Assembly: GCF_006345805.1 (NCBI RefSeq)
Contig: NW_021835372.1
Span: forward strand, 1 to 41,247
DNA from: Octopus sinensis
Taxonomy: Eukaryota
Length of the DNA: 41,247 nucleotides
Direction: 5' to 3'
Positions 10,351 to 21,122 of the stretch are shown piece by piece. The translations under genes and the position numbers were made by a program. Under the pieces are notes generated by a model. It worked only from the letters and a program-made list of their open reading frames with translations, made no database searches and was not told where the DNA came from. Positions within the stretch are counted from its first letter, which is position 1. Each line of letters starts with the position of its first letter.

Positions 10351-11538
10351 CTTCTGCCAACAGGAAATGGAAAATCGAAAACACAAAACGGAGGAGGGCA
10401 TTAGACAGCTGAAAATGTAGTAACAGGTTATTGAGGTGAAGACTATGATTGCTGCTATCGCTGAATATCGCTGATCGCAACTTCGAGGACAGCAGCAGCT
10501 GGTGGTTTTCTAGAAACTGAAAACCAAAATTCGGTAGGCGAAAGCGCAAACTGAAGTCATATTTACGAAAACACAACCAGCAACAGAAGTAGCAACTCTT
10601 TCATTGTACAAATGTTCCATATCATACGAGGCTTCTCCATATGAACCAGCTCAAAGGAAGAGAAGACGACTTGGATGAGGTGTTTCACACAAAAAATAGC
10701 AATATTTGCTTGCCCCCGTCGAATTCAACCAGTCAAAAACCAAATGAAACATTGACATGTCTCTATTTTCCGAAGAACGTTTCTATGTACATTTTAGAGA
10801 AAAGTTGGTGAAAACACTCGACGAGGTTTAAAAAAACACATAGAGGGGTACTTTTTATGGGTTCGAAAGGGAAACAGGAAGAAGTCCTAGCTGATGTGTA
10901 GCAGGATATTATCTCCATCGCCTGGGAAAGGACACAGAGAAAAGTGTGACAAGTTTTCAATACTGAAAATCAAGTGAAGATATAGGTTGACCTTATGTGC
11001 CACGCGCCAGCCTAAAGTGCTGGTCCCACAGTACACGAATTTTAGGAATTTAAAGACAACGGTTAGAGATATTGCTACGAATGTTAACCAACTTAACACA
11101 CCATCATCTCTACTTTCAGTGCCAACACGTTTCCACAACCATCACCAGAGCAACTGCAATCCAGCGCCATAATTACACACATATCGTATCAACTTAGCTA
11201 ACGCGTTTGTTGCTTTGATCGCTGTAGATTAGTAGCAGTGGTTGCATAGCGATAGTAGTAGTTATAGTGGAATTGGTAAGAAGGCGATTGGATGGTGGCG
11301 CTGGAAAATTGAATTAGCACCCTGGGTAAGTGGCCTCTAAATTGGTCCTGAGCCAAATAATTAACCCTTGTGGATGAATTTAGTAAACAGAAACTTTGTA
11401 GAAACACGTCGCATATGTGTGTGTGTTTATATATATTTATAGATAGATAGATAGATATATAGATATATTTACATATATGTATATATACATATATATATAT
11501 ACACACATACACACGCACACTCACAAACACACACACAC

Positions 11539-11572
<34 letters not shown>

Positions 11573-11760
11573 GTTGAAATTGACGTAAAAAACAAAAGAT
11601 GAAGACAGGTGTATGAACAACAAGCAGGTGTATTAGTTTTACGCTTGGGAAGGTGAGAAAGTCTTTTAGGTTTCGAGCCAACGCTCTGCAACAGAAAGGA
11701 ATAAGGGAAAATGAACAGAGAGATAATAAAAAAAGAAACTTGTAGATTTAGCGGTCAGTA
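11573..11760 (-). mobile_element. TA-adjacent island, hammerhead-bearing family H1 (degenerate)
   Basis: Shares aacaaaagaygaagrcaggtg, gtattag....cgctyrgg and gtttcgagcc.acgctct.caacagaaag with 16451-16705. Confidence 0.7.
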
Positions 11761-11794
11761 TGCGGTGAGGGGGAGTTTACAGCCACTATTTCAT

Positions 11795-11955
11795 AACCGA
11801 TGTTGGTTTGTTTGCGTCCTCGCAATATAGCAGTTCGACCAAAGAAATCCGATATAAAAGTACTGTGTTCGATTTGTTCGACGAAGCCCTTCAAGGGTAT
11901 GCCCCAGCATGGCCGCAGACCGACGACTGAAGCAAGTAAAGGATAAACAATAAAA
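11795..11955 (+). mobile_element. Degenerate SINE A-type 3' half
   Basis: gttcgatttgttcgac...ccccagcatggccgcag...actgaagcaagtaaa. Confidence 0.7.
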
Positions 11956-12554
11956 CATGCACAACAGTTTCATTTGAAAAAAGGTACTTATGGCTTGAAC
12001 AGTTTCACTATCACACCTTAGTTTGTTTTTCTTTATTGAACAAAACTTCATATTTTCAAAAACAATTAAATAAAGAAATTGGATTTTATGGTACTTGGTA
12101 AAATTTCTGATAATTAATCGCTTAAGAGTGGATTTTTCTAAACCAACTCATCTAATTTTTTTATTATACTTCTTTTTTTTTATTTAAGCAGGTCTTAAGG
12201 TTTTATTTTTATATATTTTTGCCGAGTAGACATTCCGTATATCTCCTATTTTTTTTAACGCACATTAAAACGAAAAATAAAAAAAGAAGTTTTTATCCAA
12301 CGCTTTCTAAAAGTATTTTTATATTAATTAAAAAATGACACGTGAATATGTATTCGTTTTCAAAATAATTAAAAGTAATCTAAATTCGTTAATGAACGCA
12401 TTAGCAATTGTTATGTTGTCCTCTTCGAAAATTGAAAATGTTATTGCTTCGATTTATTTAGGCATGGAAATATAATTAGGAATGCAAACAAAATATATTT
12501 CTACTCTTCAAATGTAAAACATATCCCCTGCCATCTATATACACACACAATGAA

Positions 12555-12870
12555 ACTGGTTCTCCGTCGGTTGCGACGACGAGGGTTCCAGTTGATCCAA
12601 TCAGCAGAACAGTCTGCTCGTGAAATTAACGTGTAAGTCGTGAAGCAATCCACAGATATGCGAATCTTTAATGTAGTCCTCAGGGAGATTCAAGGTGACA
12701 CAGAATGTGACAATGGTTTTCTTTAAACTGCTGATATAACTCATTTTTGCCAGCTGAGTGGACTGGAACGGCGTAAAATAAAGTGTCTTGCTCAAGGACA
12801 CAACGCGCCGCCGGATATCGAACCAACGACCGTCGGCCGAAACACCTTAACCAAAAACCTACGCAGCTTC
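12555..12870 (-). mobile_element. SINE family C (tRNA head plus conserved body)
   Basis: Homologous to 30148-30470 (gttccagttgatc...ctcgtgaaattaacgtg...ttgccagctgagtggactgg...aataaagtgtcttgctcaaggacacaac). Confidence 0.85.
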
Positions 12871-13004
12871 ATAAATACACACACACCACACACACACACA
12901 CACTCATATATATATATTCGAAACCATAATGATATCCGTGGGGCAGCTGATGATGGAGGTATAGTGGAATAGTGTTGTAACACATCTTTTTGATATATAT
13001 GTCT

Positions 13005-13166
13005 ATGATGGGCTTCTTTCAATTTCCGTCTACCGGATCCACTCACAAGGCTTTGGTCGGCCCGAGGCGATAGCACAAGACACTTGTCCAAATTGCCACA
13101 CAGTGGGACTGAACCCGGAACTATGTGGTTGGGAAGCAAGGTTCTTACCAGACATCCACGCCCGCA
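13005..13166 (-). mobile_element. SINE family A, head half
   Basis: gggcttctttca...ggctttggtcggcccgagg...gtgggactgaacccggaac...gcaagg. Confidence 0.85.
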
Positions 13167-13168
13167 TC

Positions 13169-13450
<282 letters not shown>

Positions 13451-13497
13451 TTTTAATCCATTTTTATAACAACTTTACATAAAAATTAATTCTTTTT

Positions 13498-13673
13498 TAA
13501 GTTTTGGTACAAGGCCAGCAGGATCGGGGGATGGATAAGTCCTTTTCATTGATCCCAGTGTTCAACTGGTAATTATTTTATCGATACCGAAAGAATTCGA
13601 ACTCAAAATCTAAAGATGGGCGAAACACTTCTATGCATTTTGTCTGGTGTGCTAACCATTCTGCCACCTCACC
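13498..13673 (-). mobile_element. Degenerate SINE family B (X tail)
   Basis: ttttggtacaaggccagca...cccagtgttcaactggta...gaactc...cattttgtctggtgtgctaaccattctgcca. Confidence 0.7.
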
Positions 13674-14637
13674 GTCTATGCGCAAAATTTTAGTATGATA
13701 ATTATTGACTTTTAACTTATTAATTTAATATATTTGAGCAATTTAAAAATATTCAATTTCAAAATAAACGATTCAGCCAATCCACTGGCGATTTTATTCT
13801 GTTTACATTTAGTCGTTTATTAATAAATTGTTATTCATAACGCTTTTGAAATGCTGTTGGTCGATGTTATATGCTGTGACGAAGTATATTTAGAATTTCA
13901 CCCAACAGAAGATCAGTTGAAGGATCTGCTGGAAGCCTTCTAATGATTTTCTTTCTTTGTCCTTCTTTTAATGTAGAATTTACATCAACAGAAACACCTT
14001 AACATGTTTCCGACACTTCCGTTGCATCTTCCTCTCCAACTTCGTCATAAATGGTCAACCTCTTTCAAAAATACTTCTTTCTGCTCATCACACTTAGGCT
14101 TCTACCAAGAATTTCACTTATAATAAGATAAGCTCTAATTCTTCATTAACACTAGTATTGTTTTGTAGCAATTTGCAATAGTTCTCTTTGAGAATTGCTT
14201 CCAGGGCAATTGCTCAACATATGCAATGCCTCAAGAAAGGGAAATCCGTTTAATAATTCTATTTACATCTGATTAGTTTTGAATATCATTGAATTCGGTT
14301 GAAATTCTTGAACAAATTCCTTTAATAAGCCTTTAAGGCTTGTATGATTCTTTGGTTTCATGGCTGAATTAACGATGTAGTGTTTGAAGGAAAGAAAATT
14401 AATTGGGTATTCTTTAATTAGAAACTACATCTGTGTGCCGTAAATTGTTAACTGACAAAATAATTTTCTCTTTTAATTCCAAAATTCCACTTAAGTAACC
14501 AATTGTCTAAAATAACTCTGGTCACACACACATTTACATTAGAACAGCAATAAACAGATAAAGGTTCTTCTGAAAGCCAGAAAGAATTCTTACTTTTCCC
14601 TGTCAGTACAAGCTATTGTCTCCATCCCTTTATAATT

Positions 14638-14820
14638 ATTCAAATTTTAGCACAAGGCCAGCAATTTCGGGAGAGGAGATAAGTCGATCGCATCGACTCC
14701 AGTGTTAAACTGGTATTCGTTTTATTGACTCCGAAAGAATGAAAGGCAAAGTTGAACTCGGCAGAATTTGAACTCAGAATGTAAAGACGGACAAAATGCT
14801 GCTAAACATTTTGTCTGGCG
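14638..14820 (-). mobile_element. SINE family B (X tail)
   Basis: caaattttagcacaaggccagc...gtcgatcgcatcgac...gaaaggcaaagttgaactcggcagaatttgaactcagaa. Confidence 0.82.
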
Positions 14821-14832
14821 GAACTCCCGTAG

Positions 14833-14922
14833 AAGGACAACCAACACCTCAGAAAGAAAAACCGCCTATGAATTCACAATTGCGCAATAGTGGTGCAGTG
14901 GACGAGCCATTCAATGCCAAAG
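14833..14922 (+). CDS. Weak candidate 90-nt symmetric (phase 1-1) exon
   Basis: ccgtag| acceptor and AAAG|gtaaga donor; only one frame is open (GQPTPQKEKPPMNSQLRNSGAVDEPFNAK); weak pyrimidine tract, may be repeat-derived. Confidence 0.22.
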
Positions 14923-15222
14923 GTAAGACATTTCTTGAAAATCACTTGGACAATTTCAAACAAGGAAATGGTGGATTATTGATGAAGTATCACCGATAGC
15001 CTCTCACTTCTTAGAATATGTTTGTACGATAAAACATTTTCGGGTGAATTCTCCCAATGACCTGGTTGAGGACTAACGTAGATATAACAGCTCAAATGAG
15101 GATAACCAGAAGAGGAAATTGGTCGAAGACATCGGGTGTTCTAATCCAACCATGGAAGACTAAATATTAATGACACAGCTTTAATTATATTTTATTTTAT
15201 TGTTCTTATAATCTTTTATTTG

Positions 15223-15506
15223 TTTGTTCCTTCATAAGGGCCAGTTTCCCGGTTTCCTTGACGTATAGGTTCCCCACCTGGGCGGGACGCCGGTCCATTG
15301 CAGGTGAGCTGCAAGATGCAGGAAGAAAGAGTAAGAGCAAGTTGTGGTGAAAGAGTCAGCAGAAGTTCGCCATTATCTTTTGCCTGAGCCGCGTGGAGCT
15401 TAGGTGTTTCGCTTATAAACACACACATCACCCGGTCTGAGATTCGAACCCGCGATCCCTCGACCGTGAGTCCGCTGCTCTAACCACTAAGCCATGTGCC
15501 TCCACA
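15223..15506 (-). mobile_element. SINE family D with 12-13 bp target-site duplication
   Basis: tRNA head tgtggaggcacatggcttagtggttagagc...ggttcgaatc; aatcttttatttg at 15210-15222 and 15506-15518. Confidence 0.9.
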
Positions 15507-15544
15507 ATCTTTTATTTGGCTTTGTATAATTACTTCATGTGTAC

Positions 15545-15880
15545 TAACTGCTTCATGGCCGAGTAGTCGGCGACTAGACCGGCTCCTCCACTTGAGTAAC
15601 CTCTTAGTCTCGTGGAGAGGATGTCTAAGCACCCAACAGGACTAAAAACAAGATCTGTCGAAGGCCGAAGGAGCTCCTTGTGGGCCAAAGGCTATCCAGT
15701 TGGAGAAGGCAATGTCAAACCACCCCAATATGTCTGCCAAGAAAACACTGCGAGAAAGTCAGAACGAAGTAACGCTATGGGTTCAAGCGGTGGTAGAATT
15801 CACGCTTAGTCGGGAGCAATTTTGCTGTGATATCATCGACGCTCTGTAAAAGCGTACGATACATGACGATGACGACCAGA
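15545..15880 (+). mobile_element. RTE-related repeat remnant
   Basis: ggagaaggcaatgtcaaaccaccccaatatgtctgccaagaaaac (15702-15746) resembles the RTE/BovB-derived motif of Bov-A and Sauria SINEs; ends in gac/gat repeats; boundaries uncertain. Confidence 0.5.
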
Positions 15881-16188
15881 TCTCTTTAATATTTTTATAT
15901 TACATTAAACTTGTCTCATAAATAATGTATAGCATCTTTGCACCTGCCATCGTTTTTAATATAACATTTTGCTTATCCCACAAGTCTTCGCAATACACGC
16001 TTGCATACGTTGTTATTATTGGAACACAAAAAACTAGAAGGAATACCAACACGCGCACAATGCCGTTCACCACTGTTTCGGATTCATTCATTATTTATCG
16101 ACAACAAAAAAAATAAAGGTGAAGTTAATTTCAGCGAGACTTGAAATCAGTCACCCTATCAGATACTCTTATGAATCCGACAAATCGT

Positions 16189-16239
<51 letters not shown>

Positions 16240-16240
16240 G

Positions 16241-16271
<31 letters not shown>

Positions 16272-16450
16272 ACACGCGCGCACACATAACTTTTGTTGTT
16301 CTGATTCTTATTTCTAGAACCCTTTGTCACCTTAGTGATGTCTATACTTGTGCCTTTCGGTTATAAATTGCGAATAAGCCACTTTCATATGTGTGTGTGT
16401 CTCTGTGTGTATGTCTGTCTGTATGTATATATGTATATGTATATATATAT

Positions 16451-16705
16451 AACGGGAAGCTTTAGGAAAATAAACAAAAGACGAAGGCAGGTGGAAAACA
16501 AACGAACAATTGTATTAGTATGGCGCTCAGGAAATATAAATAAAACAAGTCTTTAACGTTTCGAGCCTACGCTCTTCAACAGAAAGATACACAGAGAGAG
16601 AAAAACACAGAAAGAAGGAGAGAAAAAAAATGCGTGCAGTAGCTAACGAATCAACATGGCGATCTGATTTCAGCCAGAGGTCAAAGATCAAACATGAGAC
16701 GCGAG
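16451..16705 (-). mobile_element. TA-embedded island, hammerhead-bearing family H1
   Basis: Unique sequence between (TA)n tracts; homologous to 11573-11760 and, inverted, to 39640-39780. Confidence 0.75.
16550..16587 (-). ncRNA. Minimal type I hammerhead-ribozyme-like motif
   Basis: TCTTT-CTGTTGA-A-GAG-CGTAGG-CTC-GAAAC-GTT-AAAGA: 5-bp stem I, 3-bp stem II, palindromic ACGT stem III, GUU cleavage triplet; core has U in place of A6. Confidence 0.65.
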
Positions 16706-16710
16706 ATATA

Positions 16711-16886
<176 letters not shown>

Positions 16887-16942
16887 CGCATATAAAAATT
16901 AAATAATCTAGTATGTATATATAATATATATATATATATATA

Positions 16943-17204
16943 TTCTTCTCTACCAAGAATTCACAACGAGCTCAAACCCACAAGAGTAAACGAGACAGAG
17001 ACAAGAGAAACAAGGAAAATGTCCCTTGTATTTGAATAATATGCAAATATTCTTTTAAAAAACTTTTCATTTAATTTTTCCAAAATTGAAAAAGTCTCAA
17101 TGGCTGAAACCGGTACTAAAATTTTTTTTATGATAAAATTATTTAAACATTTTCTACCTTGACTTTTCCTTATATATATATATTATATATATATAGTATA
17201 TATG

Positions 17205-17245
<41 letters not shown>

Positions 17246-17543
17246 ACGCATATATAAATAAATATATATGTATGTATATATATATATATATAGATATATA
17301 TATATATATATATATATATTCTTCTCTACCAAGAATTCACAACGAGCTCAAACCCACAGAGTAAACGAGACAGAGACACGCAGAAACAAGGAAAATGTCC
17401 TTGTATTTGAATAATATGCAAATATTCTTTTAAAAAACTTTTCAGTTAATTTTTCCAAAATTGAAAAAGTCTCAATGGCTGGAACCGGTACTAAAATTTT
17501 TTTTATGATAAAATTATTTAAACATTTTCTACCTTGACTTTTT

Positions 17544-17548
<5 letters not shown>
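16943..17548 (+). repeat. Two tandem copies (period 376 bp) of a TA-embedded island of about 230 bp
   Basis: ttcttctctaccaagaattcac...ctaccttgacttttcctt at 16943-17170 and 17319-17548, differing by a few substitutions and small indels. Confidence 0.92.
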
Positions 17549-17613
<65 letters not shown>

Positions 17614-18316
17614 CTTTGCCTTTCATCCTCAAAAATCAATTTAAGAACGTAATGTATTTATAACCACATTGAAAAGTTGCCCAAATCATTGAAAACTGAA
17701 TTAAAATAGTTACTTTGTTCCAAAGGAAACCCGTCCAGATTGATACTTCGCTGTGTTTCCATTTTGCTTTCCTCTAGGCATGCTTAAAGAAAAACGCTTA
17801 TGAAATATTTTGCCCCCCATCCCCACCACCACCACCACTTCCTATCTTTCAATAACTATCATTTCAATGCCTGTAAGATTCTTTTTTATCTACGGAAGGC
17901 ATGCTTTCAGAAAAACGCATGTTTTGGCTTCCCTTCCCTTCTACCAGTTCTTGTTTGTCAATAATTTTTGTAATTGATGGTCACTAACGCGAAAGGCTAA
18001 ATGGTTGAATGGCTTTGACTCTTTCACCCGTAAAAATTCTGACCAAAACATATCAATAATCCCATAATTCTTAATTAGTCAGCTCAAATGTTGCCGTGAC
18101 TTTGGAATGTCTATTTCGCTCCGTTGTAAAATTTTGAAATTATTATCATTAACCATCCTCTCTGTATTGAACAAAAAATTCTGAAATCAGAAATATAATA
18201 TAAGCTAATTAATCTTTCGTTGATTTACTAAAATGATCTTTCCGTTTTGTTGAAACTAATTTACAATTCACGGTCGCAGTAAGATGAGGTATACTGTGAT
18301 AATGTGAAATTAAAAT

Positions 18317-18723
18317 TCTTTTATTCATTTATTCTTTTACTTGTTTCAGTCATTTGACTGCGGCCATGCTGGAGCAGCGCCTTTAGTCGAGGAAATCGAT
18401 ACCAGGACTTATTCTTTGTAAGCCTAGTACTTATTCTATCGGTTCTCTTTTGCTAAGTTACGGGGACGTAAACACACCAGCATCGGTTGTCAAGCGATGT
18501 TGTGGGGGACAAACACGGACACAAACGCACACAGATATGTATATACATATATATATACACGACGGGCTTCTTTCAGTTTCCATCTACCAAATCTATTCAC
18601 AAGGCTTTGGTCGGCCCGAGGCTATAGTAGAAGACACTTACTCAGGTGCCACGCAGTAGGACTGAACCCGGAACCATGTGGTTGGTAAGCAAGCTACTTA
18701 CCACACAGCCACTCCTGCGCCTA
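18317..18723 (-). mobile_element. Full-length SINE family A
   Basis: Reverse complement reads taggcgcaggagtggctgtgtggtaagtagc...ggttccgggttcagtcc (B-box) through central (TA/TG)n to actgaaacaagtaaaagaat. Confidence 0.93.
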
Positions 18724-18779
18724 TAAAATGTTCATTTTTTTGTTTGTTTTTTTACAACTGAAAGTTTTATTGTACAAAA

Positions 18780-19360
18780 TGAAACTTGAAAGTCACAAAA
18801 AATATGAGAGCAGAAATCAGTCAAATCTCCAACAAACACCTTTTTACAACTTTGTCCCAGGATTCCTCATTTAACTGCAGGAAATTTCTCTGAAAGAAAT
18901 CATTGCAAAATGGTGAGTAGATTGATTACATATTTCTTCCATTATTTTACGCAGATTTTTTACGCCCAACAAATTCCTGTGAAATTTGGTTGTTATTTCT
19001 AGCATGTGGATAGCCTGCTTGAAGGCCGTAGAAAAGGGAAGGAAGGGGGTTGGGGTAAATTGAAACTTTACAAATATTTTTTTTTTTTTATTCAGAATAA
19101 TAATCTTCGTATTTTCCGACATATTTCCCCTAAAAAGAATTATTGAAAAACAATGAAAAATGAAGAAATATACGGGGGTGAGAATTAAAACTTTGAAGTT
19201 GCGATTTTCGAAAAATTTTTTCAGAATCGGAATCTCCATAGCCGAAAACGTGGATTTCCGTAAAAATAATTTTTTTAAAGTGGGTAGGGGTTGGGTTACG
19301 CCTCCACCATGTGCGCCAAGTATTTCTTCCATGACCGACCTCAGAAGTCACTGCCTGCCA
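18780..19360. other. Possible non-autonomous DNA-transposon-like sequence
   Basis: Motif style only (gaaatttggtt, cgattttcgaaaaatttttt); no terminal inverted repeat or TSD found. Confidence 0.2.
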
Positions 19361-19394
<34 letters not shown>

Positions 19395-19665
19395 CGTGTA
19401 AGTGTGCGTATGTGTGTGTGTGTGCGCGCGTGCCTGTATAGCAATTTTATTGAAACTGAAACCGAGAGTTTGTCTCGCCACTCGCGGTTCAAGATCCAGC
19501 GATCGTCAGACGTCAGGCGAGAACGATCATCGTCTCTTCGCCTGAAGATTATAGAGACATAAATCTCAAGTCGTTTCTGATCAACAAAAAAAAACACATA
19601 GCCTCTAAAATATATATTGAGCACTCGTCTCGTTTTCATCTGACATAAACCAACATACGTATACA
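19395..19665 (+). mobile_element. TA-embedded CpG-rich island with decayed hammerhead-like half
   Basis: Bounded by (TA)n on both sides; CTGAAGA at 19542 followed by a gaga/tctc stem, GAAA missing. Confidence 0.4.
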
Positions 19666-19694
19666 CAGACACAGACACACACACACATACACAC

Positions 19695-19771
<77 letters not shown>

Positions 19772-20383
19772 TATATTTGTGCAAGCCTACACAAATAGAT
19801 ATATTCAATCAAACATTAAAATATTTCGGACAGCTGTTCTTTCAGAACCTAGAGCTATCATACAATACACTTTTATCATAAATTCACAATTCCACTAATA
19901 AATATTAGTACAGTTGGTTAAGCAATAATCTTAAATATGTAAAGAACTCGGATAAAGCAAAACCTTTTAATACGTGATCACCATAACTTATCGATTACTG
20001 ATACAATAAAAACGGGCAAGATTTTCTTAAAGTTTAGCGCGTGATTCTATATAATCACAAATGTCGCATATTGGCGAAGAAACCTAGTTTTATAGCCAGT
20101 TCCATTATTGGCGAATTCTGTGTTGCAAATGATAAATTTCGCAGATATTTGTTCGTTTGTTTGTTTGTGTGTATAAGTGTGTGTGTGTGAGTGTGTGTGC
20201 TGGCGCGCGTGCATCTCCATAGAGGTGCGAGTATATATTTATATAGACATGTGTTTATGGATGTGTGCGCGAGTGTTTGTTTGTGCATATATGTATGCAT
20301 GTATATATATGCCTATGTATAAGTAAACATGTGTATGTGTATATTTATATATACATGTACATCTATATATATAATATATATAC

Positions 20384-20414
<31 letters not shown>

Positions 20415-20896
20415 ATACAAATATGTGAAAAAAGATTGAGTTCTATTCCATCCTTTACTTTGCGGGATCCCAAAGGTCGATTTCTAATAAAGATTCTTCA
20501 TATTACATTTTGGTAGCTTATTGTTGTGAGAATTTTGCGAATATGAAAATGCTACAAGTATAAGGTGCGCTATGAGAATTTATAGAACAAATATCCTATA
20601 GAAACTCAACGAACTGTAAAAGATGGAGAAGAGAAGATGATAGAAGTTTGAAAAGAATTTAATCCATGCATACCATCGTTTCCTAGAAATCAATTTAATT
20701 ATAATTAAATTAATTATATATTACTTTTCTCCTCAGTGCGAAAAAAAGAATACATAAAAAATAATAATAATATTATTTGTTACAGAAGTATTTACAGATG
20801 GAGTGAGTGTCACATAACATATTCAGATATACATATCTTTATGAAAGATAGCAGCGTGCTAAGATAGTGTTGTTGCTCCTATAAAGGTAAAAGGTC

Positions 20897-21122
20897 GGCG
20901 AACTGGCAGAAACGTTAGCACGCCGGGCGAAATGCGTAGCCGTATTTCGTCTGCCGTTACGTTCTGAGTTCAAATTCCGGCGAGGTCGACTTTGCCTTTC
21001 ATCCTTTCGGGGTCGATAAATTAAGTGCCAGTTACGCACTGGGGTCGATATAATCGACTTAATCCCTTTGTCTGTCCTTGTTTGTCCCCTCTATGTTTAG
21101 CCCCTTGTGGGTAATAAAGAAA
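20897..21122 (+). mobile_element. SINE family B (Z type), full monomer with 17-bp TSD
   Basis: tataaaggtaaaaggtc at 20880-20896 and 21125-21141 flanks a complete head-core-Z-tail unit. Confidence 0.95.

Noticed and set aside
14785-14815. Apparent compensatory change in the SINE B head hairpin (cgaaat/atttcg to caaaat/attttg)
   Set aside because: Both changes are what independent CpG deamination would give, so this is not evidence of selection.
18861-18954. Acceptor and donor signals around a 32-nt or 52-nt micro-exon (EISLKEIIAK)
   Set aside because: Not frame-preserving, the following intron would be only about 42 nt, and it sits in repeat-like sequence.
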